Shown piece by piece: positions 38,201 to 49,897 of a stretch of 64,000 bases of DNA (position 1 is the stretch's first letter; each line of letters opens with the position of its first letter). A model generated the notes under the pieces. The model ran no database searches and was not told where the DNA came from. It saw nothing but the letters and a program-made list of their open reading frames with translations. Both the position numbers and the translations under genes were made by a program. Source of the stretch: Antedon mediterranea (lineage: Eukaryota; Animalia; Echinodermata). The DNA lies in NCBI RefSeq assembly GCF_964355755.1, contig NC_092678.1, positions 17,873,365-17,937,364 of the forward strand. The letters are read 5' to 3'.

Positions 38201-41200
38201 ATAAAGGTTCAGCACTTTATTAAAGGACAACTTGACCGAGGACCATTTTTTAACAACGTATTAGAGATGTACATATGATTTCAGAACCATCGCGAGATTA
38301 AGGATATCGATGCATGCACTTGCCATACAGCCGTCACCGTAATTTTCTGTGATGTCACAGGTGCATCGCAAAATTTACGTCATGTGTTTTCTGGCAAAGT
38401 CTGGCAAATCGTGAACATTTCTAGTAAACACACTTCGTAAATAAATCATAAGAAATGTTTTTTTTATTGTTTCTTTTGCGTATCTGGACTCATTTAGTAA
38501 ATTTTTCGATGCACCTGCGACGTCACAGTAGTTTACGACGACGGCTGTACGGCGAGCGCATGCGGAGATATCCTTAATCTCGCGATTGTTCTGAAATCAT
38601 AATGTATGTACATCCCTAATACGTTGTAAAAATATGGTCCTCAGTCATGTTGTCCTTTAACAATTTGTAGGCCCTTTAGAAACCTCTTTAAAGAAACTAT
38701 ACATTTAGCAATGATTTGTTTCCATCTATTATGTAGTCAGGGGTATCTGTTGGAGGTGGACGGGATGAAGAGCGCCTCCAGGTGATTTTTTCTGAGCTGA
38801 CAAGTTGTAAGGATGATGCGCAACAGAGAAGCTGGGCACTTCACGAGGATGAGTCTATCATTACGGAGTATTTAGAAGAACTTCTTTCAATATTGGTAAA
38901 GAAATTATTTTTAAGGCCACCAAAACTAAAGATAAAATAGAATACAGCCCAGTACAGCCAACCTTCTTGTACCGGCCTAGTAACGTTGCTACTATAGCTG
39001 TTAGCCACCAACGTTACCTACATTAGGTTTTTTTTTCCGATATAAAAAGACTCAAAATACAACTCATAGTTGAAATGAAGAGCTTACATAGGAAAATGAT
39101 AATTAACATAAAACCAAGTTTAACGTAGAAAAAACACATTAAGGCCTATGATACAGTAATGAACAGTTTAATTTATTTAAACTTAAATTTACTATAAAAA
39201 TTGCACAAAGATCAACAGATAACATTAATTATTACAAATTCTTATATATTTACAAATGTTGGCTTGATAGGCCATTATTGTTAATTATATTAAAACTTAA
39301 AAGTCATTAAAAAATAATTACTTGTAAATAGTGGCATAACAGCTATGATGAATGCTCACTGGCTAAACCCAGGAACCTCAGAGTTTAAAGACACCTTCCT
39401 TACAATTTGTGACGTTTTGTAAAAACAATGCATATATATTACTTTAAAAACATTAAACCAGGTCATTCCTTGTCTTAAATGTACGTTTTATGGTAAATTA
39501 TGATAAAAAGTGAGAAACAATGCACTACCTAAGTAGCTCACGGCGAATGACCTCTTGTGCACAGTCTTTAGGCCTACAGCCTAGCTAGGCTTTGTTTTGT
39601 AGGCCTAGCTGGTAAACATCGGTAACGTACGAACATTGTACGCTAGCTATACCTATTCACATTTTTAACCATTTAAAGACGAAAAAAGTTATCGCAATAG
39701 GACTAATAGTATTATTTTTACATTAAATATAGTTTATGATCTTAAATTGAATCTAAAAAACATAGGACAGGTGTCTTTAAGGCGCTCCAGAGCAGGAGAA
39801 GTCCAATGCAACTACCAGAGTTCTTCGCCACCTGCATTAGGCCACTGCTTGTAAGGGATATCAAAGATCAACCGAGTTGTTAAAATGAATTTCTGACCTT
39901 TTGTTTCAATTGGTTATAAATTCATTTGGTTGATACTTTCTTTGTTTTAATTATTTTGTTGTTCATTCATTAATTTAATCCATTTAAACTATCTAAAGCT
40001 CTGTCGACACTATCAAACTTACAAACTTTTCTTACTCTGGTGCCCTTGAATTTCTTAAATTAGAGACTTTGGCTCAAAGAAGGGTGGAGCATTGTCGCAA
40101 GTTCGCTGAGTATCTCCCCAAAATTAAACAAACAGCTGATTTAATCCCACCGACCAGACATAGCTGTCATGGTAGGAATTTAAGAAATAAAAACAAAATT
40201 ACCCAGCTAGCGTCTAAAACATCCAGATTTACCAATAGCCCTATACCCTACTTCATCAAATTACTGAATTCTTAATTTTCTCCCCTGCTAGTTTGCGACT
40301 GCTCTCCCCTTCTTTGTTTTTTTTTTTTTTTTTTTTTTTTTTTTCTTTCATATTTTTTATATATATTTATATTTTTGATATGACATGTATTTTACACGCA
40401 ATTTGGCTCTTAGCCACGAGTTGTAATTTTGGTCAATTTTTTGATATTTGAAATAAAAGTGAATAATAATAATAATAACAAACTGTATGTGATTGTGACA
40501 AAAAATGTGATGTGCCCATATATAGACATGATGATGTCATATCACTTCCATATTTGGGAATATTACTGCTATATTTGGGCACATCACACTTTTCTAAATC
40601 TAAACTGGAAGTATTCTTTAATGTCCTGACAGAATGATGCTGATAAATGTGTTAGTGTGGGAGTTATCCGACAAGAGGAATTTGAGCCGCTATCAACTCT
40701 TGTACAATACTATCAAATGGTAAGCAGAATATCAATTTGTTAAACTGTATGAATCAGTGTTATAATCATAGTCATTTATTTGTGTCACTTAGCAGCCATG
40801 TCCATACTGTGTTGAAGCATCGGTTCTCGGCAGATTACTAAAGTTAAACAACGTTGGGCCCGTTTGTGTACTGGATGGGAGGAAATGATAATAAATAATT
40901 TTTTAAGTTTTTACGAAAAGTTGAGAGAGAGGAAGAGTTAGCAATACTGGTATCTAATTGATTCCATATTAAAAGTCCAGAAACATAAATAAAGTGGGAA
41001 GAACTAGTTAATCTTACAAAAGGAATAGTTAACTGAAACTGATCAACTAAAAAATAATGTTTTTTTAGTATGATAATCATGTTAAAGTATTTAATTTAAA
41101 GGTTTCTCCAAGTATAACAATGATACAATTTCTATTTTTTTTAAAGTATAATATATTTACTAGTGACCTAAACATAACGTTCTTGGAATATTCATTCTAT

Positions 41201-44200
41201 TCTTTTATCTGAAATAATTTCTAGACAATTCAATTTTTATTTTGTCCTTGACCAGCACCTATTATCCATAATTGTCTCCCTTTGCCCAGGAGTATAAATG
41301 GCTACTAACATTCAGGATGTTGGTTTTATTTATTTGTATCTTTACATGATAGTTATTCCTTAGAGAAGAAATTAATTGTTTTATAATGTAATGTTTTGTT
41401 GAATGCAGGAAGTTAATACTATTATAATAAGTTGGTGTACTCACTGTTCTGTACTTGTGTCTGGTTTTGAGTACATAGTTTTAAAGATAAGAATTACTAT
41501 ATTGGTAATGTTTTATTTTCGGTTGCGATAAAATCAACTTCTGGTACTTTAAAGGAGCGCTACTATCTATACTGTTCTGTACTTGTGTCTGATTTTGAGA
41601 CGTATATATAATAGTTTAAAGATAAGGATTACTATATTGGCTATGTTTTATTTTCGGTTGCAATAAAATCAACTTCTTGTATTTAAAAGGAGCGCTACTA
41701 TCTATACTGTTCTGTACTTGTGTCTAATTTTGAGACGTATATATAATAGTTTAAAGATAAGGATTACTATATTGGCTATGTTTTATTTTCGGTTGCAATA
41801 AAATCAACTTCTTGTATTTAAAAGGAGCGCTACTATCTATACTGTTCTGTACTTGTGTCTAATTTTGAGACGTATATATAATAGTTTAAAGATAAGGATT
41901 ACTATATTGGCTATGTTTTATTTTCGGTTGCAATAAAATCAACTTCTTGTACTTTAAAGGAACGCTACTATCTATGCTGTTCTGTACTTGTGTCTGATTT
42001 TGAGACGTATAATATAATAGTTAAAAGATAAGGGTTACTATATTGAGCATGTTTTATTTTGGTTGCGATAAAATCAACTTCTGGTACTTTAAAGGAGCGC
42101 TACTATATATACTGTTCTGTACTTGTGTCTGATTTTGAGATGTATATATAATAGTTTAAAGATAAGGATTACTATATTGATCATGTTTTATTTTGGTTGC
42201 GATAAAATCAACTTCTTGTACTTAAAAGGAACGCTACTATCTATACTGTTCTGTACTTGTGTCTAATTTTGAGACGTATAATATAATAGTTAAAAGATAA
42301 GCGGGTTACTATATTGGTCATGTTTTATTTTTGTTTGCGATAAAATTAACTTCTTGTACTTAAAAGGAGCTCTATTCTCTATGCTTTTGATGATATAGGT
42401 GGTTTTTTATATCAAGCACATTATTTAGTAAATGAAATAAATGACTAAATCTAGAAACAGCGAAGTAACTATATCTTTTTAAAGTTTACAGTAATTATTC
42501 TAATCCAAAAATATATAATATAATATCTATGGCAAAATTTTAGATGGATATAAACCAAAAAAAAAACAAAAAACAGTGCTAGCATTGAAACATCGATCCT
42601 TTTAAATACAGTAGAGATACACTGTTGTAGCTTCATTTCCTTATTCTTTAACCTTGATAAAAATAATTCTTGGATATTAAATGTTTGCTCAATTCCTCTT
42701 CACTTTGTGGTTACTAACACTTGAGGATATACAGTAACTACTTAAAAATTCTTCCTTGCAATTTTCCAATAAAAAAAAAAACAAAATGTACTTCAAATAG
42801 TTATTGAAACTTCTTCTCTAACTTAATAAATAAAGAGGTTTACACCGGGCAAATGGGCCCGTATTCATTAAAGGTGATCAATTTTAATCCTGGACATATT
42901 TTATGATTTGAAATATCATTTTGAAATTTTAATTTTTCATTTTTATAATTTAAATAAATACCTAATTAAAAGCTATAGTTACATTGTTGCCCACTAATAT
43001 AAGTAACAAAAATATTACACCAAAACAATTCCCAGACCGGGAATCCTAAGGATCAATTTTTGGAAATAAGGTTGTCACTCAGATATTAGGTAAATTTCTG
43101 AGATTTGTAGCTTATTCCATAATTATATAACTATATAAACAAAATAAGTTCAAAAATTATGAAATTTAGCTAACAACTCATAAATATGCATGATATGGTA
43201 ATGACTTCCACACAGAGAAGATCCTATCTGTCTCCAATATTAATAAAGCGCCAATTGCTCATTTTGTAAGTGGAGATATGATTTATTTATGTTTTCTATC
43301 TCTCCTCCATTTCCTCCTAGGAAACAAGGACAAGTATACGGCTTCTGTTACTAAAGGTTTTTGGCTGTATATGTTCGTTAGACATGTTCGCCCTCTCTTA
43401 TCTGCTGACGTCGGTGCTACCGGTTGAGATTGCTCGTGATACGATGACTGACACAAAAAATATCCAAAAACTCTGCTTCTCTGCTCTAGTACTTACAATG
43501 TTATTTTCACAAGGGGAATCAATCCCATATACGCACTATGGTTAGATTTTTTCTGTGTTTTTTTGTGGTTTTTTTTAACTATATTTTAATGAGGGTAATC
43601 CATCTAGCAATTGCTTATCATTTGTGACCCTTACAGGTTCACAAGACAAACATATGCACAAGATGCTCTACAAAAACAAAGTCTTATGACAAGTCTTTGG
43701 GAGTGGGGTTGTAATTTTGTCTGATATGTGACAGGACTTGAACCCAGGACCCTTAGTAGCCAAGCATCATAACTACCAAGCCACAATTCCACTTCTAATA
43801 TCTTATTAACAAGTTATATTTGATGGGGTCTTTGTGATAAAAAACTTTTAGTTTTCTTTCATACAGTAACTTAATTATGGTATTGTATATATCACATACT
43901 TATGGACAAATTTATTTTGATGTACTATTACTAATAAATACTTGGTGGAAACTTTGAAATCCTGGATCTACCTCTGGAATGCAGTCTTTTATTCTACTTT
44001 TTGGTAAACTACTGATTTAATATAAATCAATTACAGTATTATCAAATCAATTATTGTCTTTTAGAATAATATTGATTTTTTTTTAAATGATTTCTCTTCT
44101 TTTTTTTTAGATCAGTTGAATGTGGAGTTTGTAAATTATTTATTGAATTCGATTGAGAATCCACCAGTCAATGATGAGGATGAGCAAACTCCTGATCTGT

Positions 44201-47200
44201 TTGTTAATGTCATTCTTGCTTTCAATCTACAGTTTCGAAGTAAGTCAACAAGTTTGTTGTTTTTTTGCTATAATGTTTTTTGTTTAGTTTTTTTTTTAAT
44301 CATAAATAATCAATTTTCTTTTTATTTTGGTTCTGTTGTACAATCCCATCATCTTCCTATAAATGTGTTAAGCTCTGTCTACACTTTGTGACTAAAAAAT
44401 GTGATTTGCTCATATATGGACACGATGACATCACCACTACCATATTTGATTATTTAAACTATCAACGTAGTTTGGCATATTATCAGCAAATTTTAATGCA
44501 ATTATTAGTCAGTTTCAAAACTGTAAAAATTCACTTTCAGTTTTTAAATATTACAGAAAAACAATGGATACAATAATGTTGCAGTTTTCAATTATCAATT
44601 TGTAATGTGTCAATCAGGCATATTTTTTTCATTGTTTTGTTGAAGGTTATTCAGCTATGCTACACTGGTGAAAAGGTCTGTAGTCCAATGTTAATAATAA
44701 TAATAATATTCGTTCTTATAGCGCTTATTGTACAATGCTTCTAAGCTCTTCACATTATATAATACAGCTTTACCACGTTGAAACACCGGTTCTCGTCAGA
44801 TCACCGAAGTTAAGCAACGTTCGGCCTGGTTAGAGCTTGGATGGGGGACCATCTGGGAATATTGGGTGCTGTATATGGAGCTGGGGTCCTGTTAGGCATT
44901 TGAAATCAGCACTGCTGACTCTTATGGCAGCCCCTGCATCTAGTATCTGCCTCAGATATATTGGCTTATGCCTTTCCTTTAGTCAAGGTGGGCACTGGAT
45001 GAGAGAAGCCCTTATTTTTATTTTTTTATTTATTTCCAAACCCAACCAACAGCAAAATAAATTCGCCAATAACAGGATCATCAATGATTTATCAATGTTA
45101 GGACCAATCAAGGTGCGTTAAACAGTCCTGGCTTTGTTTTTATCAAACCTGTTTTAGTGGCGGTAATTATCGCTGTTGGTTTCGATTGAATACTCCGGTG
45201 ATTTTTTTTTTAATCAAAAACTTATGAAAACATACTCCCATAATGCAGATACAGTAGTATGTAAACAGCAAATAAGTTGTGTCTTAATCTAACATATACA
45301 CCTGGGTGGAGAGACGGAAGCGCAAGTAATCTAAGCAATGCGACGAGAATTGGATTTGAAATCACGATCACTAATCCAACGTCCAACACACTGCGCCACG
45401 CGCCCTCACGTGTAGACGAAAACAACATTTTTCACTTGTAGTTGTACTGTGCTTTTTTGGGGTTTGAATAGCCTACTGGATAGAATCAACATATTTTGTT
45501 TTATGAAAAGAAATTTACTCCCAATAATATTTTAATTTATTGTACAAATCAGAGTATAGTTAATTACTGCAGTAAGAGCCTATTATTTATTTAGCTAACT
45601 ACAATTGATGTTGATAATGGAAACCACTGTGTTTAATCTGTAGTGTAATAAAAAAAAAACTGTAATATGAGGCATTTTTATTTTCAATAATTTTGTTTGT
45701 GTGTTTAGTTCCAGCTGAAAATCCAGTAGTGAAAGCTTTTAGTGACAACTCAAATGTGAAATATTTTACTGAGAAATTTATGCTACTAATCAATAGGGAA
45801 GGTGAGTTGATCAATTGATTGTTATTGATAATTACAAATTGTTGTTTACCTTCGGTATTGATTGTGCGATCATTCAATAAATCGGGTCAAAAAGAGGTCA
45901 CCATTTAAAACATTGCACTATGGCTCAGAGGTTATCTAGAGATTATGGGTTTAAGCTCTGGTTGGTCACGACAGTGTTGACTGCTTGAGCAAGATTTTTT
46001 ATCCACATGGTTCCTCCTCTCCCACCCATGCGACATAAATGGCTGTGTATAAAAAATCACTGGGAGGGAAATTGTTTTTACCATAATTAATGAGGGTGAT
46101 CCATCCAGCAATTGCTGATCATTAGGGACCCTTAGAGGTTCACAAGACACTCATACAAGATGCACTACATAAACAAAGTCTTATTACAAGTCTTTGGGAG
46201 CGGAGTCCTGACATGTGACGGGACCCAGGACCCTTGGAGTGGTAGCCAAGCATCATAACCACTAAGCCACAACTCCACTCAAAAATGCACTCCACTTTAC
46301 TTATCACTTTAAATACAAATTATTTATCGAAGTTTAATTAAGTTTAATAATTTTATAATTATTTTATTTTTATGAGTGCAAATTGGAACAGAAGTTTTTT
46401 TTTTTTAAATAGATGATCCTATATCCATGTTTGACTTTGAACCTAAGCCACAGAATTCTATGGTGAAGTTTTTAGCTGACATCTTCTCATCAACAGAAAC
46501 ATCAAATATTTTCTACACAAATGATATGAGGGTGCTGATAGATATTGTCATACGACAACTGACGGACTTAAATCCTGGAGACAAGGTACAGTAAACTACC
46601 ATACCATTGAAGTGTTATTAGGATGACTCTGCGATTGGCTAGAGCGTAGACTCTAATCTTATAGTAGCAGTTCAAAAAGGGATTCTCCATAGCCCTTTTC
46701 ACATCGAAATTGCAGCAATACCGCAGTAAGCAAGCCGGTATTGTTGCCGGTCTAGACAGACACACAGCAGGTAAAATTGCGGTAATCTTACTGTGAAAAA
46801 CACAACATATTGCCATCTTTAAAGGGTCTTACACAGCTGTTCCGGCACGGTTCCAGTCCGGCGCTGGCAAATCCAATCGAACGTCAATGTTTCGTTTTTA
46901 CACGGCAACGCACATATCGATTGCCGCCGCGTGGAGTATTGTGAACGAAACATTGGCTTTCGATTCGCCGAACCGGAACCGTGCTGAAACAGGTTTGAAA
47001 GGCCCTTAAGAATAGAGACTCGCACTTTTTTGTAAAAAGAATGGCAGGCAACGGCAACGAACATGCCATGCATGCATGTGGCCGCTGCTTTTGGGTCAAT
47101 CGTTATTTTTTATTGCTGCATATAAACTATATTTAAATTGCTGTACATACACTAAACTACATACACAGACACCACTCCACGCTAATAGTTTTCCTGACGT

Positions 47201-48188
47201 GGCCTAAGTAACAAAATCTACTACAAATCAATGCGAGTGTAACATGTGTATGCCTAGCTACAGTAGTACTAGACCCAGTGTATGGTACTTCACTTATAGA
47301 ATTACTAAGTAGGCCTAGGACCCAGGCTTACGTTACAGCATCTTCCTCTTTGGACCAAAATCACTGTAATATTATTAGCCGTATTTCTTTTAATGTTATA
47401 TTATTATTACAACATATACTAATCTACACCAATGTCGATATAATCTAGTAATAATAGTTAATAAAAATGTCCCGAATTCGATCTTCGTTTGTAATGCTTT
47501 ACTGCGTAAGTGGGCCTTATATCGTGAACTCTTTCACACAGATCAGGCTTACGACCGTGATGGTAATATTACAGAAATTTTACTTGGTCCATAGGCGGTC
47601 TAACGGACGGAAGCCTGCATTCGGAGGTTTTTACTCTATCACACATAAGCCGGCATTCGCGAATTACTGTAATATTACCGTCTTGCAGCTTTGTATGAAA
47701 GGTGCTAACTCAGGGATATGACTACAGCAAATGACCATTCGATAAGCTACAGTAGTCACACCCCTTACCAATGCGAGAACATGTATTGTATAATATTCCA
47801 TACAATCCTTGTATGCAAAGACACTATAAATTTACCAAGAAACTAATTCATTTAATTGCGATGAACAATAGTTTTCAGACGTGGTCTTATTATTTTAAAT
47901 GACTTCTGTCACTATCATTGCCATTATTAACATTTTAATTGACTATGAACTGTTTTAGAGGGAATAGTTATTCTTAATACAATTCATGTTTTTTTTTTCT
48001 AGAATCGAACCGATTACATTTCACTAGTGCATAGCATACTACAGTTCACGCCTTACAATGACCACAGACATCGCAGGGACGATCTCCAAAAATGCCTTCG
48101 ATCAATAGCAGAGGAAGAAGATCAGTCAAGTGGGATGGACAGACTCATTGTTCAGGAAATTTTCAAGCAGTTCCCTGGACTTTTCTGA
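32217..48188 (+). CDS. NCKIPSD: NCK-interacting protein with SH3 domain (SPIN90/WISH/DIP1), 10 exons, 639 aa
   Basis: Exons 32217-32387 (SH3: ALYDY...[10 protein letters not shown]), 35625-35734 ([13 protein letters not shown]), 36969-37560 (Pro/Ser-rich, [13 protein letters not shown]), 38737-38895 ([15 protein letters not shown]), 40633-40719 (LVQYYQM), 43321-43540, 44111-44239, 45709-45801, 46413-46585 ([12 protein letters not shown]) and 48003-48188 (TGA). Total 1920 nt, all GT-AG, phases consistent; motifs match the SPIN90/Ldb17 armadillo domain. Confidence 0.95.
32827..32947 (+). mobile_element. Helentron-associated (HINE-like) short element; related copies at ~20140 and ~52378-52478 (minus)
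   Basis: TTTTTAGTCGCGTG...(GTCG/GTCT)n...GCACGCGACT...GGCCTTGTTT: subterminal inverted repeats, microsatellite, T-run insertion site. Confidence 0.65.
32995..33305 (-). mobile_element. tRNA-derived core SINE, same head and core, different 3' tail
   Basis: Shares the A box and core with 8670-9023 up to GGGGTTACCCCGGTG, then unrelated tail. Confidence 0.8.
33318..33573. mobile_element. MITE with TIR ATGACCCACTATACGACC, followed by a partial tandem copy to ~33800
   Basis: Inverted termini ATGACCCACTATACGACC / GGTCGTATAGTGGGTCAT. Confidence 0.7.
33977..34170. repeat. 21-bp minisatellite (GATATGCCCAAATATGGTAGT) x~9 derived from a MITE interior
   Basis: Direct repeats visible; the same 21-mer occurs once inside the MITE at 36248-36386. 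Confidence 0.9.
36248..36386. mobile_element. ~140-bp MITE (TIR AAGCTCTGTCTACACTATCAAACT); other copies at ~6634, 34563, 39997/40485 and 44370
   Basis: Inverted termini ...AGTTTGATAGTGTAGACAGAGCTT; multiple dispersed copies in the window. Confidence 0.85.
38224..38656. mobile_element. Non-autonomous Kolobok-type element with long TIRs
   Basis: TTAA at 38220-23 and 38657-60; AGGACAAC...GTTGTCCT termini; inverted similarity extends >130 bp. Confidence 0.8.
39389..39776. mobile_element. Non-autonomous Kolobok-type element
   Basis: TTAA|AGACACCT-TCCT ... AGGACAGGTGTCT|TTAA. Confidence 0.7.
40028..40477 (+). mobile_element. 5'-truncated CR1-group LINE 3' end inserted into a MITE
   Basis: TSD ACAAACT at 40021-27 and 40478-84; C-terminus L.QRR...C.KFA...RNLRN...TSRF.NSPIPY.IKLLN; (AAT)n tail. 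Confidence 0.8.
40795..40883 (+). pseudogene. Older, truncated 5S rRNA-derived fragment
   Basis: CCATACTGTGTTGAAGCATCGGTTCTCG.CAGAT.AC.AAAGTTAAACAACGTTGGGCCCG...TGGATGGGAG. Confidence 0.65.
41443..42385. repeat. Tandem repeat, ~135-bp unit x7, in NCKIPSD intron 5
   Basis: ACTGTTCTGTACTTGTGTCT starts at 41443, 41571, 41706, 41841, 41976, 42111 and 42245. Confidence 0.95.
43588..43793 (-). mobile_element. tRNA-derived SINE with LINE-derived 3' tail
   Basis: TGGCTTGGTAG A box, GGTTCAAGTCC B box; homologous to 46088-46280. Confidence 0.75.
44763..44873 (+). pseudogene. 5S rRNA-derived sequence (pseudogene or SINE3 head)
   Basis: ACCACGTTGAAACACCGGTTCTCGTCAGATCACCGAAGTTAAGCAACGT..GGCCTGGTTAG..CTTGGATGGG.GACC..CTGGGAATA..GGGTGCTGTA; degraded 5' end, no oligo-T terminator directly after. 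Confidence 0.8.
46088..46280 (-). mobile_element. tRNA-derived SINE with LINE-derived 3' tail
   Basis: A box TGGCTTAGTGG; tail AGGGTCCCTAATGATCAGCAATTGCTGGATGGATCACCCTCA matches the LINE end at ~2910-2952. Confidence 0.8.
46691..47707. mobile_element. Putative Harbinger-like MITE with a nested smaller MITE (~46821-47008)
   Basis: Imperfect TIRs AGCCCTTTTCACAT / TGTATGAAAGGTGCT; inner AAGGGTCTTACACA..CCGGCACGGTTCC / GGAACCGTGCTG..TGAAAGGCCCTT. Confidence 0.5.
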
Positions 48189-48747
48189 TTGGTCAACTGT
48201 TTATTTTAGACAAAATAATAAAGTAATAACCAAAAATATATAATTAATATCAGGAATGATAATAACAGTAATGATTAATCATTTTTATAATATTAATCAT
48301 AATATTAGTAAAATACAACATAATTTTAATGCTATCTAATTCTATAATGCTGAATATTTATATGGTATGGTATCAATATATTATTTATTTGCAATATTTA
48401 TTCAAATGGTATACCAATTAATTTAAAAATATTTTAAAATAAAAATTCTTTACAATAACTCATCATATTCAACAAGTTTATCTTGAAATTGTTTATGCTT
48501 AGAATAGAATGTGCTAGAACTGTACAGTTAAATGGTTATGGTTATTTTATGAGGCGGAAATTAAAAATATGGTATTATTATTTCAATAGTAATAATAATA
48601 ATGGTCTTTTATGCAATATATGTTTTTATACCCAGTCATAACTAGTGTTATCTATCTTAAAACCTTAAAATGCTGCTAATGTTGTTTCTAAAAAACTGAA
48701 GAAGTCTTCTTAATACTGTACTACAGTATAACATAATTTACTATTAA

Positions 48748-49458
48748 AAGCTTGGTTCCCACTAGCGACTCAACCTCCGCAAGTGCCCTTCCGATAATTG
48801 TGTGTGCCTCCGCCTGCGTGAAATCAAACCTGCTTATTGCGCGTCAACGTTAGCATGCCGTAAACCTTGACCTGGTTCACCCCGCGTAGTTTTGGATACG
48901 GTCTGTACTATGTTTCAAGTGTTCTTTTGCCTTGCGTTGTTGTATGAAATCCAACTGATTTTATTTGGCGATATTTGCGGCACAGTGTTACACACGTCGT
49001 CGGTTCCACCAATACGGCACTTTGCGTAATTACGTCGCTATGTTAAAACTTGGTTCCCACTAGCGACGCAACCTACGCAACGTATGGAAATGCCTTTCAA
49101 ATAGTTGTGCTTATTCCCCCGCCTGCGTGAAATCAAACCTGCGATGTTTCCAGCACTGTTGCGTCGTCGGTTCCCACTTGTGATTATGCAATACTGCACT
49201 TTGCGTCAATACGTCGTAAGCTTGGTTCCCACTAGCGACGCAACCTACGCAATATAAGCAAATGCCCTTCCAATAATTGGGTTTGCCCCCGCCTGCGTGA
49301 AATCAAACCTGCGATGTTTGCAGCACTGTTGCGTTGTCAGTTCCCACTTGTGATTACGCAATACGGCACTTTGCGTCAATACGTCGCTGCGTTGCGTTCT
49401 AGTGGGAACCACGCTTTAGAGTTGCGTTACGTTGTGTCGCTAGTAGGAACCACGCTTA
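48748..49458. repeat. Tandem/nested copies of a MITE with TIR AAGCTTGGTTCCCACTAG; related cluster at 31010-31578
   Basis: CTTGGTTCCCACTAGCGAC recurs at ~48751, 49049 and 49221; closes with CTAGTGGGAACCACGCTT. Confidence 0.75.
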
Positions 49459-49584
49459 ACATAACACTTGCAAAACATAAGGGTCACATCATCCCCATAC
49501 ATTCACTGCACTAATAGCAGCTGGATACAGACTATTGTGGGAGATATGTTTGTCTTTGATACAAAACAGTTTTAAAGAATTTAA

Positions 49585-49897
49585 AGATGTATTGTCTCCC
49601 AAAAACAGACGTTAAATAGATGATTTTGTAGTTTTAATAAAGTTCACTTCCGTAGGAAAAAAACGGGGAAAAAAAATGTTCTCAGCATTAAAATGCCAAA
49701 ATAAATGGTTAAATTCAACCAAAAACCAAATGGCTGGCAGCCAATTGAATATTGTTTGCTTTAAATTACAGTTTTTTAGGTAAATACATTTTTTTTTCGA
49801 TCCCATTTTTTTTTCAAAGTGGATAACTATTAGGCATTAAAATGGCATATTAAAAAAATAATTGTTTTAATAATTTGTTTAGGGGGACAATACATCT
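49585..49897. mobile_element. Non-autonomous Kolobok-type element
   Basis: TTAA|AGATGTATTGTCTCCC ... GGGGGACAATACATCT|TTAA. Confidence 0.75.

Noticed and set aside
41443-42385. CRISPR-like array (also 59974-60912 and 33977-34170)
   Set aside because: Whole units repeat with no unique spacers; eukaryotic intron context; no cas genes.
44763-44873. Functional 5S rRNA gene
   Set aside because: Degraded 5' end and terminal stem, no immediate oligo-T terminator, solitary intronic position.
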